Shown: one piece after another, positions 34,787 through 45,894 of the stretch
Layout: each line of letters begins with the position of its first letter
How positions within the stretch are numbered: position 1 is the first letter of the stretch
NCBI GenBank assembly: GCA_030704615.1
Contig: CM060734.1
Location: 15,066,001 to 15,130,000 of the forward strand
Length of the DNA: 64,000 bases
From: Takakia lepidozioides
Taxonomy: Eukaryota > Plantae > Bryophyta
Reading direction: 5' to 3'
The notes under the pieces: model-generated
What the model saw: only the letters and a program-made list of their open reading frames with translations
Databases searched by the model: none
Told to the model about the DNA's origin: nothing
Made by a program: the position numbers and the translations under genes

Positions 34787-37700
34787 GGTTGCGGCACCAC
34801 CAGCATGCCCACATAGCATGCAACGCAACCCTGCAGGTACCACTGCAAGGTTGGGATCTATCCTCACATCCACATGTGGAAGGTGACATGGCGCACAATT
34901 GCGCACATGGTCCTTCCATACCATGCCATCTCGACCCTCCAGAATCAATACTCCTGAAGGCAACACCTCCCGGACCCTTAGAATCGCATGCCCTGCTGTG
35001 ACATCCAAAGTCGTAGGCGCTGTCTGCTGATGATACACATAGTCCCCAGGGTGGAAACGCCGAACACCTGACCGATATCCCCCTCCGCGTATAGTGATGT
35101 ACCTCAATGTGTCTCGGTGTCGGGCAATAGCAAGGTTCTCAAAAGCCATAGGCATGACTTTCTTGAATAACTCTGCCCGCTGGGCACATGCTTGTGTCCA
35201 CACATCCGGATCATCAAGGTTGAGAATTACTGCAGTCTCCCTACGAATAGATGTAGACAAATCTGGCTCTCGGCCAAAGAGAAGGAAATAAGGCGAGAAC
35301 GAGGCAAGTGATGCTTGTTTGCTAAACCTGTAGCCCATGGCCAACCAAGGTAGCTGAAGGTCCCAATCTCCTAAGTGTCCCTTCTGCAAACCATACTTGC
35401 GCAAACCTCGCTTGACTGTTTATACAACCCTCTCTGCCAGGCCATCAGCCTCGGGATGATCCCGAGAAGTAGTGCGGTGATCTATCAAGGTTTGCTCATA
35501 CAAAGCCTGAAACTCCCCCAAGAACTCTCTCCTCTGGTCCGTGAGTACCTCGGCTGGAGCACCAAATTGGCTAAGCACTCGATCTAAGAATGCATACGCA
35601 GCCCCCTTACTTGTCTTATCAGGCAATGCCACCAGTTCAATCCACTTGGAGAAATGTTCCACCATCACCAGCACATACTTGTTATGGCGAATCGTTAGTG
35701 GCAATGGGCCTGCGAAGTCAAGACTCCAATGATAGCCCAAACCCATAATGGGTAAAGGATGCAATTTGTGAAGTAGGTGCATTGAAAGAAGCTCTCACTC
35801 TATCACACACCATGCACCTTGCCACTAACTGTTGCACATCCGTGTGCATACCCCGCCACCAATATTGTCCTTGCAGCAAACTATGAGTGCGCCGCACCCC
35901 AAAATATCCCAACTCCTCATGGGCATGGCGTACCAATCGCGCTCGTTGTGTTGGATGAGGCACAATCCTCACTCGTCCATCCTCCCATACTTGGAGTAGG
36001 TAAGCCCCCTCCCACTTGAACCTCTTGGCTCGTTGTAGGATCCGATCTCTCTCCTTAGCAGTCACACTGGCTGCTGTCTCTCTAGTACGAAGGTAGGCCA
36101 ACACTGCTGCATCTTCATGCACATCCTTAGCACCACCAAGCTCCTCACTGATCTCCGGATCGTCATGCACACCATCTACATGACCGATGCTATGGGATGG
36201 ACCAACTTGAGCTCTTATTGCTAGGATGCACAAAAAGGCAGATGCATGCCATCTTGGCACCATCTCCTCATCCGTCTCACTATGCCACCGAGCTCCAGTA
36301 TCATCATGCTCGCTCATGCATGGATTACGACTCAATCCATCTGCATCCCGATTGACAATATCGGCTCAATGCACCACCTGAAAGTCGTATTCTTGAAGCA
36401 TAAGTGCCCACCGTGCAAGCTTCCCTGTAAGCTTGTCTGACTCCATCAACCACTTCAATGGTTGGTGATCCGTGACAAGGGTGAAGAGATTGCCATAGAG
36501 GTAGCATCTGAAATGTGCCACTGCCCATACCGCAGCTAGACACTCCCCTTCATAGGAACTATACTTCGCCTCGGCATCATTGTTTGAACGGCTAGCATAT
36601 GTCACTACGAACTCTCTTCCCTCATCATCCACATGTGTGAGCACTGCTCCAATCCCCAGCATACTCCAATCCGTATGTAGCTGGAAAAGCCGCCCCCAAA
36701 TAGGCCGCCTCAGAATAGGTGCAGAAGTCAATCAAGCCTTGAGTTCCTCAAAGGCTTCCTCCTGCTCCTCCTCCCACTGCCACTCCTGACCCACCTTGGT
36801 CAACTTAGTAAGAGCCTTTGTAATGCTGCTAAATCCCTTGACAAACCGTCGATAGTAGTTTGCCAACCCCATGAAAGCACGAACTTTGCTAACATCTATG
36901 GGGCGTGGAATGCGTGCAATGGCCTCCACCTTTGTCTTTTGAACACCCAATCCTCCATGGTATATCATGTGGCCCAGATACTCAATCTGGTTGTGGAAGA
37001 ACTTGCACTTCCCAGGGTGCAATTTCAACCCATGCGCTCTCAAGCGCTCAAACTCCACCTGAAGGTGTCTCTCGTGCTCCTCAACCATAGCATTAAAGAC
37101 AATGATGTCATCAATGTAACACTGGGCAAAGTCTAGCCCCGCGAGAATCCTATCCATAATCCTCTGAAACTCTGCAGGAGCATTCTTCAACCCAAACGGT
37201 AGGAAGCGCCATTGGTACAAGCAATCCTTCCTATGTTGGTCAATCCCCCAGAATGTCGTCTTTTGCTTGTCAGCCTCTTTGATTGGCAACTGGTGGTAAC
37301 CGGATCGCAAGTCCAATGTACTAAACACCTTCGCATGCCCAATGGCATCAAAGATTTCCTTTGGAGTTGGCATGGCATATCTATCGGACTTAGTCTGACG
37401 GTTCATATGACGATAGTCCCCACACATCATTCTTTCTGTCCAATTGCCATAGATATCATTCCTAGCTGGCATCACCGTTGCCGAGGCATACTCCCCGCCT
37501 GACAACTCCACCAATCCAGCTTCGAACAACTCCATAGTCTGTGACTGGATCAATGACCTCTCCATGTCACTATACCGGTAGGGCCTTCGAAAGATTGGCA
37601 TGTCACTTGCCAAATCAATACGAATCTCCTGACCCTTCAAACTCCCCAAATCATTCAAACCGAATGCAAAGCAATTTCTATAAGCCCTTAGAAATCGCTG

Positions 37701-37805
37701 GATCCTCCGTCTCTCTCCTCCGGTGACTGTAGGTCCAACATCTGGTTCCCAATTGTTCTCAGTGACTGCATCCTTGGGTACACCAGGCTTGGAGGTAGGA
37801 GACAA
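34787..37805 (-). pseudogene. pol: Element B RT, RNase H and integrase
   Basis: [45 protein letters not shown]...G...C.VC, LDFAGP, TDQ, DGLAER. Confidence 0.92.
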
Positions 37806-38212
37806 ATCCTTTGGTTGCTAGATAGCAACCTCTTGGGCTTTGTCCGCCCAATCTGACTGTGGCGTAGCCTCCCTTGCTCTGCCATAACCACCTTGAGAAC
37901 ATCCTCTGGGGAAGAAACATTCTCAACCTCTTCAAAAACATTGGCCACCTTGGCCTCCAACTGATCCTCAGTGTATGGCTCTCCCCACTCCTCATACTGC
38001 TGCTTGAGAGATCCAAGGACTCTGTCTTTCCGCATCTCATCCCACATCTGTCATGGGTGTTTGCACCCCATGATCCTGTGCTCGCCCCCACTCACTGCCT
38101 CAACCGTCCCGGTTGGCAGAGGGGATACAATACCAAATGGGAGTGCAGAAGTAGTCACCACTGTCTGCAACCTCCGTTGCTCAGCCATGCACAAGCCAAT
38201 GACCCATGTCAA

Positions 38213-38761
38213 TCAATTTAGATCCATTGCTTGACCCAACACATGTCGGCGTGATGCCTCTGACAGAGCTAGCACAACTGTAGCGCCCGTGGCAAATCCC
38301 ATTACCCACTCTCGCTCATCTGCATTGGGCTCCATCAATTGCTGTAAAACACTGTCCCAAATCAACCCAGGACCATTGTCTCGAAAAGCATGAGACGAGG
38401 GAAAGCTCATGAGCGTAGGCAAGGCCGCACGTGGCTGCCCCACTCGATTTACCACTGCTAGAGGTGGACGGTCATCATGTCGCACCCTCTGTGGTTGCCT
38501 CCCTTGGTCCAGAATGCCTTCAGCTGTGAGATTGGGTGGCCGTTGAATGGAATCGTATGCTCTCTTGAGCAGCTCTGGTGGTGCAAGATTGGTCCACCAC
38601 AATCGAGGTCGATGCGCTCATGATCCCACCGCTGCTGCATCCAATAGCACCGCCGATCCAATCCAAGACCGCACCTAATGCACACTGCCATAACCTTGGC
38701 CCGAGAGTCCCCCATAAGAGGAACATTCTCCAAGATATAGGCTAGAGGTTGCACTTGCCTC
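38213..38761 (-). pseudogene. DNMT3-like C5 cytosine methyltransferase, motifs VI-X, within element B pol
   Basis: YILENV (VI), LLDAAAVGS*AHRPRLWWTNL (VII-VIII), EREWVMGF (IX), RRHVLGQAMD (X); continues in frame through TGA codons toward RT. Confidence 0.85.
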
Positions 38762-39010
38762 TGTCATGGTTTTAGTCATGGTTATCTAGAATTACCTACT
38801 TCTAGTTAACTATGACATTTTAGATATTTATATTTATATTTTGTGTGTTGGGACTTCATTTGGTCTCACATGCCAAGTGAGGTGTCGAGCCTCACTTGAG
38901 ACATGGAGATAGGTTTTCCCCTTGTGAGTGTTGAGGAGGCTCATCTTCTTGTAGTTGAGCCTCCATGAGCTTCTCTCACCTCCATAGCTCTAGGTATTGA
39001 GAGGGAGTGT
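38762..39010 (+). repeat. Truncated LTR family B copy in opposite orientation, at the site of the missing protease and DNMT N-half
   Basis: Starts TGTCATGGTTTTAGTCATGG; reverse complement of about 42005-42255. Confidence 0.9.
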
Positions 39011-40562
39011 ATGAAGTCCATACCAATCTGGTCTTCCCTAGGCATAGGAGGTTGTGCAGGTGGGGCTTGAGCCTCAAGCCTTGGAGCTGACGCAACATGA
39101 GTAGTGGCCATGGCAGCAAGACGTTGCTCTAGCTGGGCAAGTCTATCCACCATGCCTTGGTCATGACCTTGACCCTGACCCTGTGCTCCTTGGTTTTGGT
39201 TACGTCCTCCACCCCGACCTCTGCCTCCTCTACCTCTCTGGACTGAATTGCCTCGTCCTCGGCCACCATTGTTCCCTTGGAACTGGCTTGGCCGTAGCTC
39301 AGGATGTAAGCCATAACAATGGGCCTCCTCATGCCCATACTTTCCACAATGCCCATACTTTCCACAATGCCCACACTGTAGTTGTGTAGGCTGTGCCTGT
39401 GCTGGCCCTTTACCTCTCTCCGGGAAATCCTTCTTGACATGGGGTCCTCCACAATTCCAACATGACACACTCGTCTGTTGCTGGCCTGAGAATGAAGGGA
39501 GAGACCTCTGAATCTGAGATCCTCTATGGCCTTCCCTAGGTTTCATCTGAGCCCCCTTGTTGCCTTGAGCACGTTGGGGAATTGGTTGTTGTTGGCAGGA
39601 ACTCCACTTCGTTGTGTCTCCTTGCCAAATCTCACCATAACCACCCGCTCCTCCACCATATTGAGTTCTATCCGCTCTGCCAGCAAAAACACATTTGCTA
39701 AGATGGGTTGGGATACTTGTAGGAGAGTTGCATCCCGCACCCTTCTCATCAGCTCCTTGTCGAGGATCCCATACCAGAACTGGACTGCCTGAGCTTCTGT
39801 AACCCCTTGGGTTACGTTTATCAAGCGCCTCATGCGAGTGTAAGCCTCCCTCAAACTCTCAGTAGGCCTTCGTTGGAACTCTTGCAAGCTCCGCAACTTC
39901 TTTGTCCTTATCCCTTGGTAGTTTCTCCTCAACTCCTCAAGGAACTCCACAACTGGGTTAAAGGCAGGCACGGGTGCTGGTGCTGCAGCAGGAGCTTGAG
40001 TGGATTTCTCAGCTCCTGTACCACTTGTCCCACTACTAGTTGGAGATGTTTGTGTAGCTGCTAGTGTCGCCACTGCCCTTGTGCCTCTAGTGATAGAGAC
40101 ATAGTTAGGTGACCAACACTCTCGCCACTCCTCAATCTCCACCGCATGTCCCCGCCTAAATTCATGGTAATCATCCATGGGCGGCCCCTCACGGTGCTGG
40201 AATAGCCCCTTCCACGCCATAAAGGGCGTAAACAGTTGTGGATTGCGCATTTGCTGCAAATCACACCAACTGTCAAACTCTTGTATGAAGTCATCAAGCT
40301 CGCGCTCCAGAGTACCTACGTGGTCCCTTGGTAGCTCCATACATCTCCTCCATCGTGTCCCACAACAATTGCACGGAAATGGCTTACACCCTCGGCGAGA
40401 ATCCTCCTGACTCCGAGTCTGAACCTTCCTCAGAAGACACTGAAGGTGAAGGTGGCCTAAACCGCACACCTCGTCTTGTGTACCCACTAGTATCGCTGGT
40501 GCTCGTACCGGCACTCCCCTCAGCAATTGGTGGCACCTCCGTGATGAAAACTCACAACCCAA
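39011..40562 (-). pseudogene. gag: Element B gag with two zinc knuckles, frameshifted
   Basis: FQRRPTESLREAYTRMRRL...FWYGIL; CWNCGGPH; CGHCGKYGH(CGKYGH)EEAHC with an 18-bp duplication. Confidence 0.8.
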
Positions 40563-41814
40563 CCGGTTGTCAACATGTCTCTAATCCCCACTTTCTACAA
40601 GGTAACCGGGTAGAGAACCTGTTGCGGCCTATGGCTTAGACTAGTACTACATTCGTAACATAAACCTACACCTGCACCTGCATCCACCGCAAGCACTCAT
40701 ATGGTCTGCTGGTCATCAACCCAGCCTCACCATAAGAGAAACAATGATGGTTTGACTGGTCATCACCCCAGCCTCACCACCGACAACATGCTCTAGGATT
40801 GGCCGGTGATCAAGTCCGGACCAACCTCCTATGAAAACAAGCGCCCACACAAAACTGACATGACGCACAGTCAAGCATGCAGGTGTGGGGGGGGATCCAA
40901 ACACAAGAAAATCAAGACAGTAACTCCCCCACACCAAAAAAAACACTCCACAGTGTCGCTCATTCCCCTTCTTTGTCTTGTCACATGCTAATGTATGGTT
41001 GAAGTTGCTATGCATGCCGTGAGCCACAATCTCATTTCTTCATGAAAACCACTTCCAATGATCTCGCACATGTGCTCCAAGCTCTTCAATACTCTAGGCT
41101 TGGTTTCACATCATCATGGATAAAATTCTCACCCACATGCTTCCCTTTGGAGTCATCTTGAGCTTCTTGATGCTCTCCAAGTGGTTGCTTTTGTTGTCTT
41201 CAAGCCCTAGCCTATGTAGCTCCTTGGCTTTTCTTCCACAACATGCACCACCTCATACACAATGAATGAACTTGCTCACTTCACCTTTTAGCTCTCCTCA
41301 AGCTTGAATTGGAAGCCACACTTGGAAAGCATGCGCCACTTGCTTGGTCAATCACTTGCTTCACCAAGAGCAATCCAAGAACTCATAGAACTAGCAAAGC
41401 ACTCACTTCTAGCGCCGTCTTCGCTTGCTTGTTTGTCAACCAAATGAAACCCCATTTGGCTTCATTTCACCATGGATAGAACAACCACTTCTTAGCTTCT
41501 CTTAAGCTACTCAATGCTCCTCAAACTACCCTTGTTGTACTCTTTCTATGGTGTTTCCAACCCAAGCATGTGTCACTCTTTGGCTTCTCTTTCACACCAT
41601 GAACAACTAGAGCTCGCTCTTGAAACCCTAGTGTCTATCTTCTCCACATACAAGACGCTTATCTTGTGATGCAAGAGCTATTTTCAAAAGCTCTCCAGCT
41701 CTATAGAGCAAAGTAATGCTTCTCAAACCCTAACATCCATGTTCTCCACGCCACAAGGATTTTCCTTTGCAACACCTGCAACATCTTGCAACACAAGAGC
41801 TCTCTTATACCAAG

Positions 41815-42255
41815 CTCTCTCCAACACACAAATGCTAAACTAAACCTTACACTCCACACTCACAAGCATAAGGAGATCTTCTTGTAGTGATAATGGAAGT
41901 GAACACACAATGGAAACACTCCACTCATGAATCCACTCAATCACATAAACTAAGTCAAGCGAAGGGCACCTTTGCTAAAGGAATCCACCCTACAAAGCCC
42001 TCACCACACTCCCTCTCAATACCTAGAGCTATGGAGGTGGGAGAGGTTCATGGAGGCTCAACTACAAGAAGATGAGCCCTCCTCAACACTCACAAGGGGA
42101 AAATCCATCCCCATGTCCCAAGTGAGGTTTGACACCTCACTTGGCATGTGAGACCAAATGAAGTCCCAACACACAAAATACAAATATAAATATCCAAAAT
42201 GTCCTAGTTAACTAGAAGTATGTAATTCTAGTTAACCATGACTAAAACCATGACA
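41815..42255 (-). repeat. LTR family B copy, probable 5' LTR of element B; inner boundary uncertain
   Basis: TGTCA terminus at 42255; PBS-like TGGTATAAGAGAGC near 41799-41812. Confidence 0.6.
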
Positions 42256-42878
42256 TTTGATTTGATGTTGATTTTGAAATAAGGCCAAAGCTTTATACAC
42301 CGAGTGATCTCCAACAAGAATGATCTGTTTTAGTTCCTTCATCTAGGTGATAATATCAGTCTCTACTTCTACTTGTTATGCATCTTCATCAATTATTACG
42401 CAATTAAAAGCTTCAACGATCGTTGACCTTCTATGGAGACAGTGCAAAAAAATAATGCAAACATTCTCCATGCATTCCATCTCCAACCATTCCAGTGATG
42501 TATCTAGATGTCAACGTTGTCTCCTGACAGTGGATGTCTGCTACGACTTAGGTAATTATGTCAAACAACTCCTACAAAGGCAACGACGTGCAACTGGAGT
42601 GCAACGACGTGCAATTATATTGTATTCATGATTTGATTTGAAGTTTTATTTGATGTTGATTTTGAAATAAGGCCAAAGCTTTATACACCGAGTGATCTCC
42701 AACAAGAATAATCTGCTTCAGTTCCTTCATCTGGGTGATAATATCAGTCTCTACTTCTACTTGTTGTGCATCTTCATCAATTATTACGCAATTAAAAGCT
42801 TCAACGATCATTGACCTTCTATGGAGACAGTGCAAAAAAACAATGCAAGCATTCTCTATGCATTCCATCTCCAACCAA
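42256..42878 (-). pseudogene. Duplicated fragment of a UPF1/SEN1-like SF1 helicase
   Basis: CVIIDEDAQ..E.E...IILVGDH (motifs II-III); two copies about 388 bp apart. Confidence 0.6.
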
Positions 42879-43018
42879 TGTCTCTGTCAATTCAGAAAAC
42901 AACTCAGTGCCAAAACTTCCTAGTTTTTCAAATCCATTTTCGTCTTTGTTGTATCACGGGGAAAGCTTGCAGTGTCTTTACATTCCAGAGTCTGTTAAGG
43001 AAATAAATTTATTCCATT

Positions 43019-43485
43019 CTTAAACCATATGCTTAATGACAACATGTGCAATGTGCATGCCAAATTTGGCAGTGAACAGACATCATCTGCACCCAAAAAC
43101 CATATTTTCTTCCCTCATTTGCACTCCAAGGTTGAGTTCTCTTCAAGTTAATGCATTGTTGATGAGCATATTTCTTAATGTTGCTTATCTTTTGAGACTT
43201 TGCATATGTGATTTGGACATACTTAAGCGCGTGTGGACCAAATATGAGCTTGAATCAAGTTCATTCAATGGGTCATTCAAGTATTGAACACATCTACGTG
43301 TTTTAGAGACGAAAAACTGCATTTCGTTTGCACATGATTTTATTTTTATTCCGTTCTTAAACCATATGCTTAATGACAACATATGCAATATGCGTGCAAA
43401 ATTTGAGAGTGAATAAAAACCATTTGGCCCCAAAACCGTATTTTCTTCCCTCATTTGCACTCCAAAATTGAGTTGTCTTCAACTT
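43019..43485. repeat. Imperfect direct repeat of about 125 bp
   Basis: ttcttaaaccatatgcttaatgacaacat...ctcatttgcactccaa at about 43017 and 43354. Confidence 0.75.
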
Positions 43486-44179
43486 CATGCATTATTCATA
43501 GAGAGTTCTGCAATAGTGAACGAAGAAAACACTTTTTTATTTTTATTTGTTTTTGGTCCAATATTTTGCACGGATGTAGTGGTGCAAGGGTCGAATTCAC
43601 AGAACAAAACACAACCAAAAAACAATTATTACGTAGCAGCAATCCCCAATCCTAGACCCCCTAGGCAAGAGGGCACTTGCGACGCCCCAACAGGCATGCG
43701 ACTACGGGGAATCGCAACCTCGCCATTGTGGCATTTCAGCGACGTCTGGACGTCGCAAACCCCAGCGAGAGCTGACTCGGCCCTCCCCACGCGCCTAAGT
43801 GTGAGGGGGTATTGTTGCGATTCCCGGCAGTCGCAGCCTTGCGGGAGCGTCGCAGAGGGTACGTGCGACGCCCGGGCGTCGCAACCCCCAGCTCGCTGAC
43901 GGGTCATCCCCAATAGTAGCGACGTGGCAGAATCGCAAGCAGGCGAAGCGTCACCGGAGCGGCACGGCGGCGACGGGCCGACGTCGCAATTCCCGGGCCG
44001 GGCGCCTACGCGGCGCTGGAGTCGCAGGAGGGTCGTCGCGTCCGGCACGCCCGGGGTTCCGGCGTCGCTAATCCCCCTTAAACGTAATAGTGCCTACATT
44101 TGCCACTTCAAGAGCCATGCTCTAGTATCTAGGCTTGAAGTTGAAACCCCAACTAAAAACATGCTCTACAAATGTTGGA

Positions 44180-45270
44180 CTGTCACATAAGAGCAAATCA
44201 GCCCCTTACCTTCCCTTATAGCTCTCCAAAGCTTAGAGACGGAGGCCTAACTAGGCTGAATGCATGCTCCACACATGCACTACTCCCACATAAGAGAAAT
44301 CAGCCCTTCCCTCTTCCTTGCTTGCTCTCCAAGCTTGAAGATAGAAGCTTCAATGGGTTGAATGCATGCTCCACACATGCATCCCCTTCACACAAGAGGT
44401 ATCAGCCCCCTATCTTGGCTCCTTGGCTCCTTGATGCTCTCTAAAACACGACTAAGCACTCCATAGCCGTTGCCAAGCTCCTGAAACCCTAAGGTCGATA
44501 TTTCCAGCCACAAGACACTCCTCTTGTGATGCAAGAGCTCCTCTTCCAAGCTCTGAAACCCTAGGTGCACATACCGGCACTCATCTTGGTGTACATGCAC
44601 TCCTCATGCATACTCCATGGTCCTAATGCGTCTCTTAGCTCCAAAAAGTGCACTGATTTGCCCCAAAGCCAAATCAGCCCTCTCGCTTGATCTTTTACTC
44701 TTCCGCACCATGGAAGCTCGTATTCCCAATCGAGCTTGCTCATGTATACAATCTGAAACCATCGAGATGCTCAAGAATTACCTGCAGCATGGCGTTTTCA
44801 TCTCCGCAGCTAAAGAACGAATGTCAAGGTCCACCTACTCGTAACCAACATGACCGCCTCCACTTCTAACAACCAAGAGCTTTGCGGTGCTCCTCGCATC
44901 CCAACCTTGTTTCTCTCATTTTCAAGCAAAAAACCACAAATGCTACAACTAACTCGTATCTGGCACTCTCAGATACGAGCACATCTTTCTCGAGTGATAA
45001 ATAAGAAGAACACAAGCTCAACTGAGCTTAGAAACTGAAGCATAAAATCTTCCCTCAAATACAAGTCAAGCCAAGTGTACCCCATGCCATGGGTAATCCA
45101 CACTATGGCGCCATAGCTAGACGCGGTGAGGCTCAACTCAAGAAAGATGAGCCCACCGCACTTGCCGTGGAGATAACCATGTCAGGTGACTAAACATATC
45201 TTGGCCCCTGGATTTACACTTGGGCCAATCCCAAATGTCAATATATGAAAACTAATTATTTCCTAGTTAG
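44180..45270 (-). mobile_element. Diverged LTR/5'-UTR remnant related to family B
   Basis: Shares tcttgtgatgcaagagct (cf. 41662) and gaggctcaact..aagatgagccc (cf. 42053). Confidence 0.45.
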
Positions 45271-45894
45271 TTTCACACTGGTGGTAAAATATCTTGCCAA
45301 GGTTACTTGTATTGGTCCATGCCGCATGGCGAGACTTATTCAAATTCACATGGTTCTGAAATAAAACCTGATTGTTTATCATCAATGTCTCCCCCATTTT
45401 TTTTTTTTCATGTCATGGTATTGTGTCATTGTGCCATGTTTGGTTCACATATTTGATTGATTTGCTTTGTACGTTATGTAGTAACGGCCTTCACAAGCTC
45501 AGTCGCGATTACGAATATGACTAAGGCATAAGGCGCTCCAATCATCCATCAGGTCGCGGGGCATGAAGCGAGTTATTACCCGATACCCAGGAAGCAAAAT
45601 ATTTTGGTTCAACCTTAAAACATGGCGTGGTTGAATATATCATCCATTTTATCTCATTCAACTCGTACTAAACGTCGAGTGAACAGTGGAAGTTGCTTTA
45701 TGAGCCAAATATAAGCTGTTTTTTTCGTGAAGTTTATACATAATGTTTTTTCATTGATCGTAATATATATTAATAGACAAACAATTATTTATATTTATAT
45801 TTATATTTAAAATGATCCATATTAATTCATTTAAATGATTTTAAGAATATATATTCAGATATTTCTCGTTATTTAAGTCCAGATTTACTTAAAA

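Larger units (their letters stand above)
27436..42255 (-). mobile_element. Ty3/gypsy element B: gag - (deletion) - DNMT - RT - RNase H - integrase - PHD, decayed; LTR assignment tentative
   Basis: Colinear minus-strand domains from 40562 to 27781, interrupted by element C and an LTR fragment. Confidence 0.75.
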
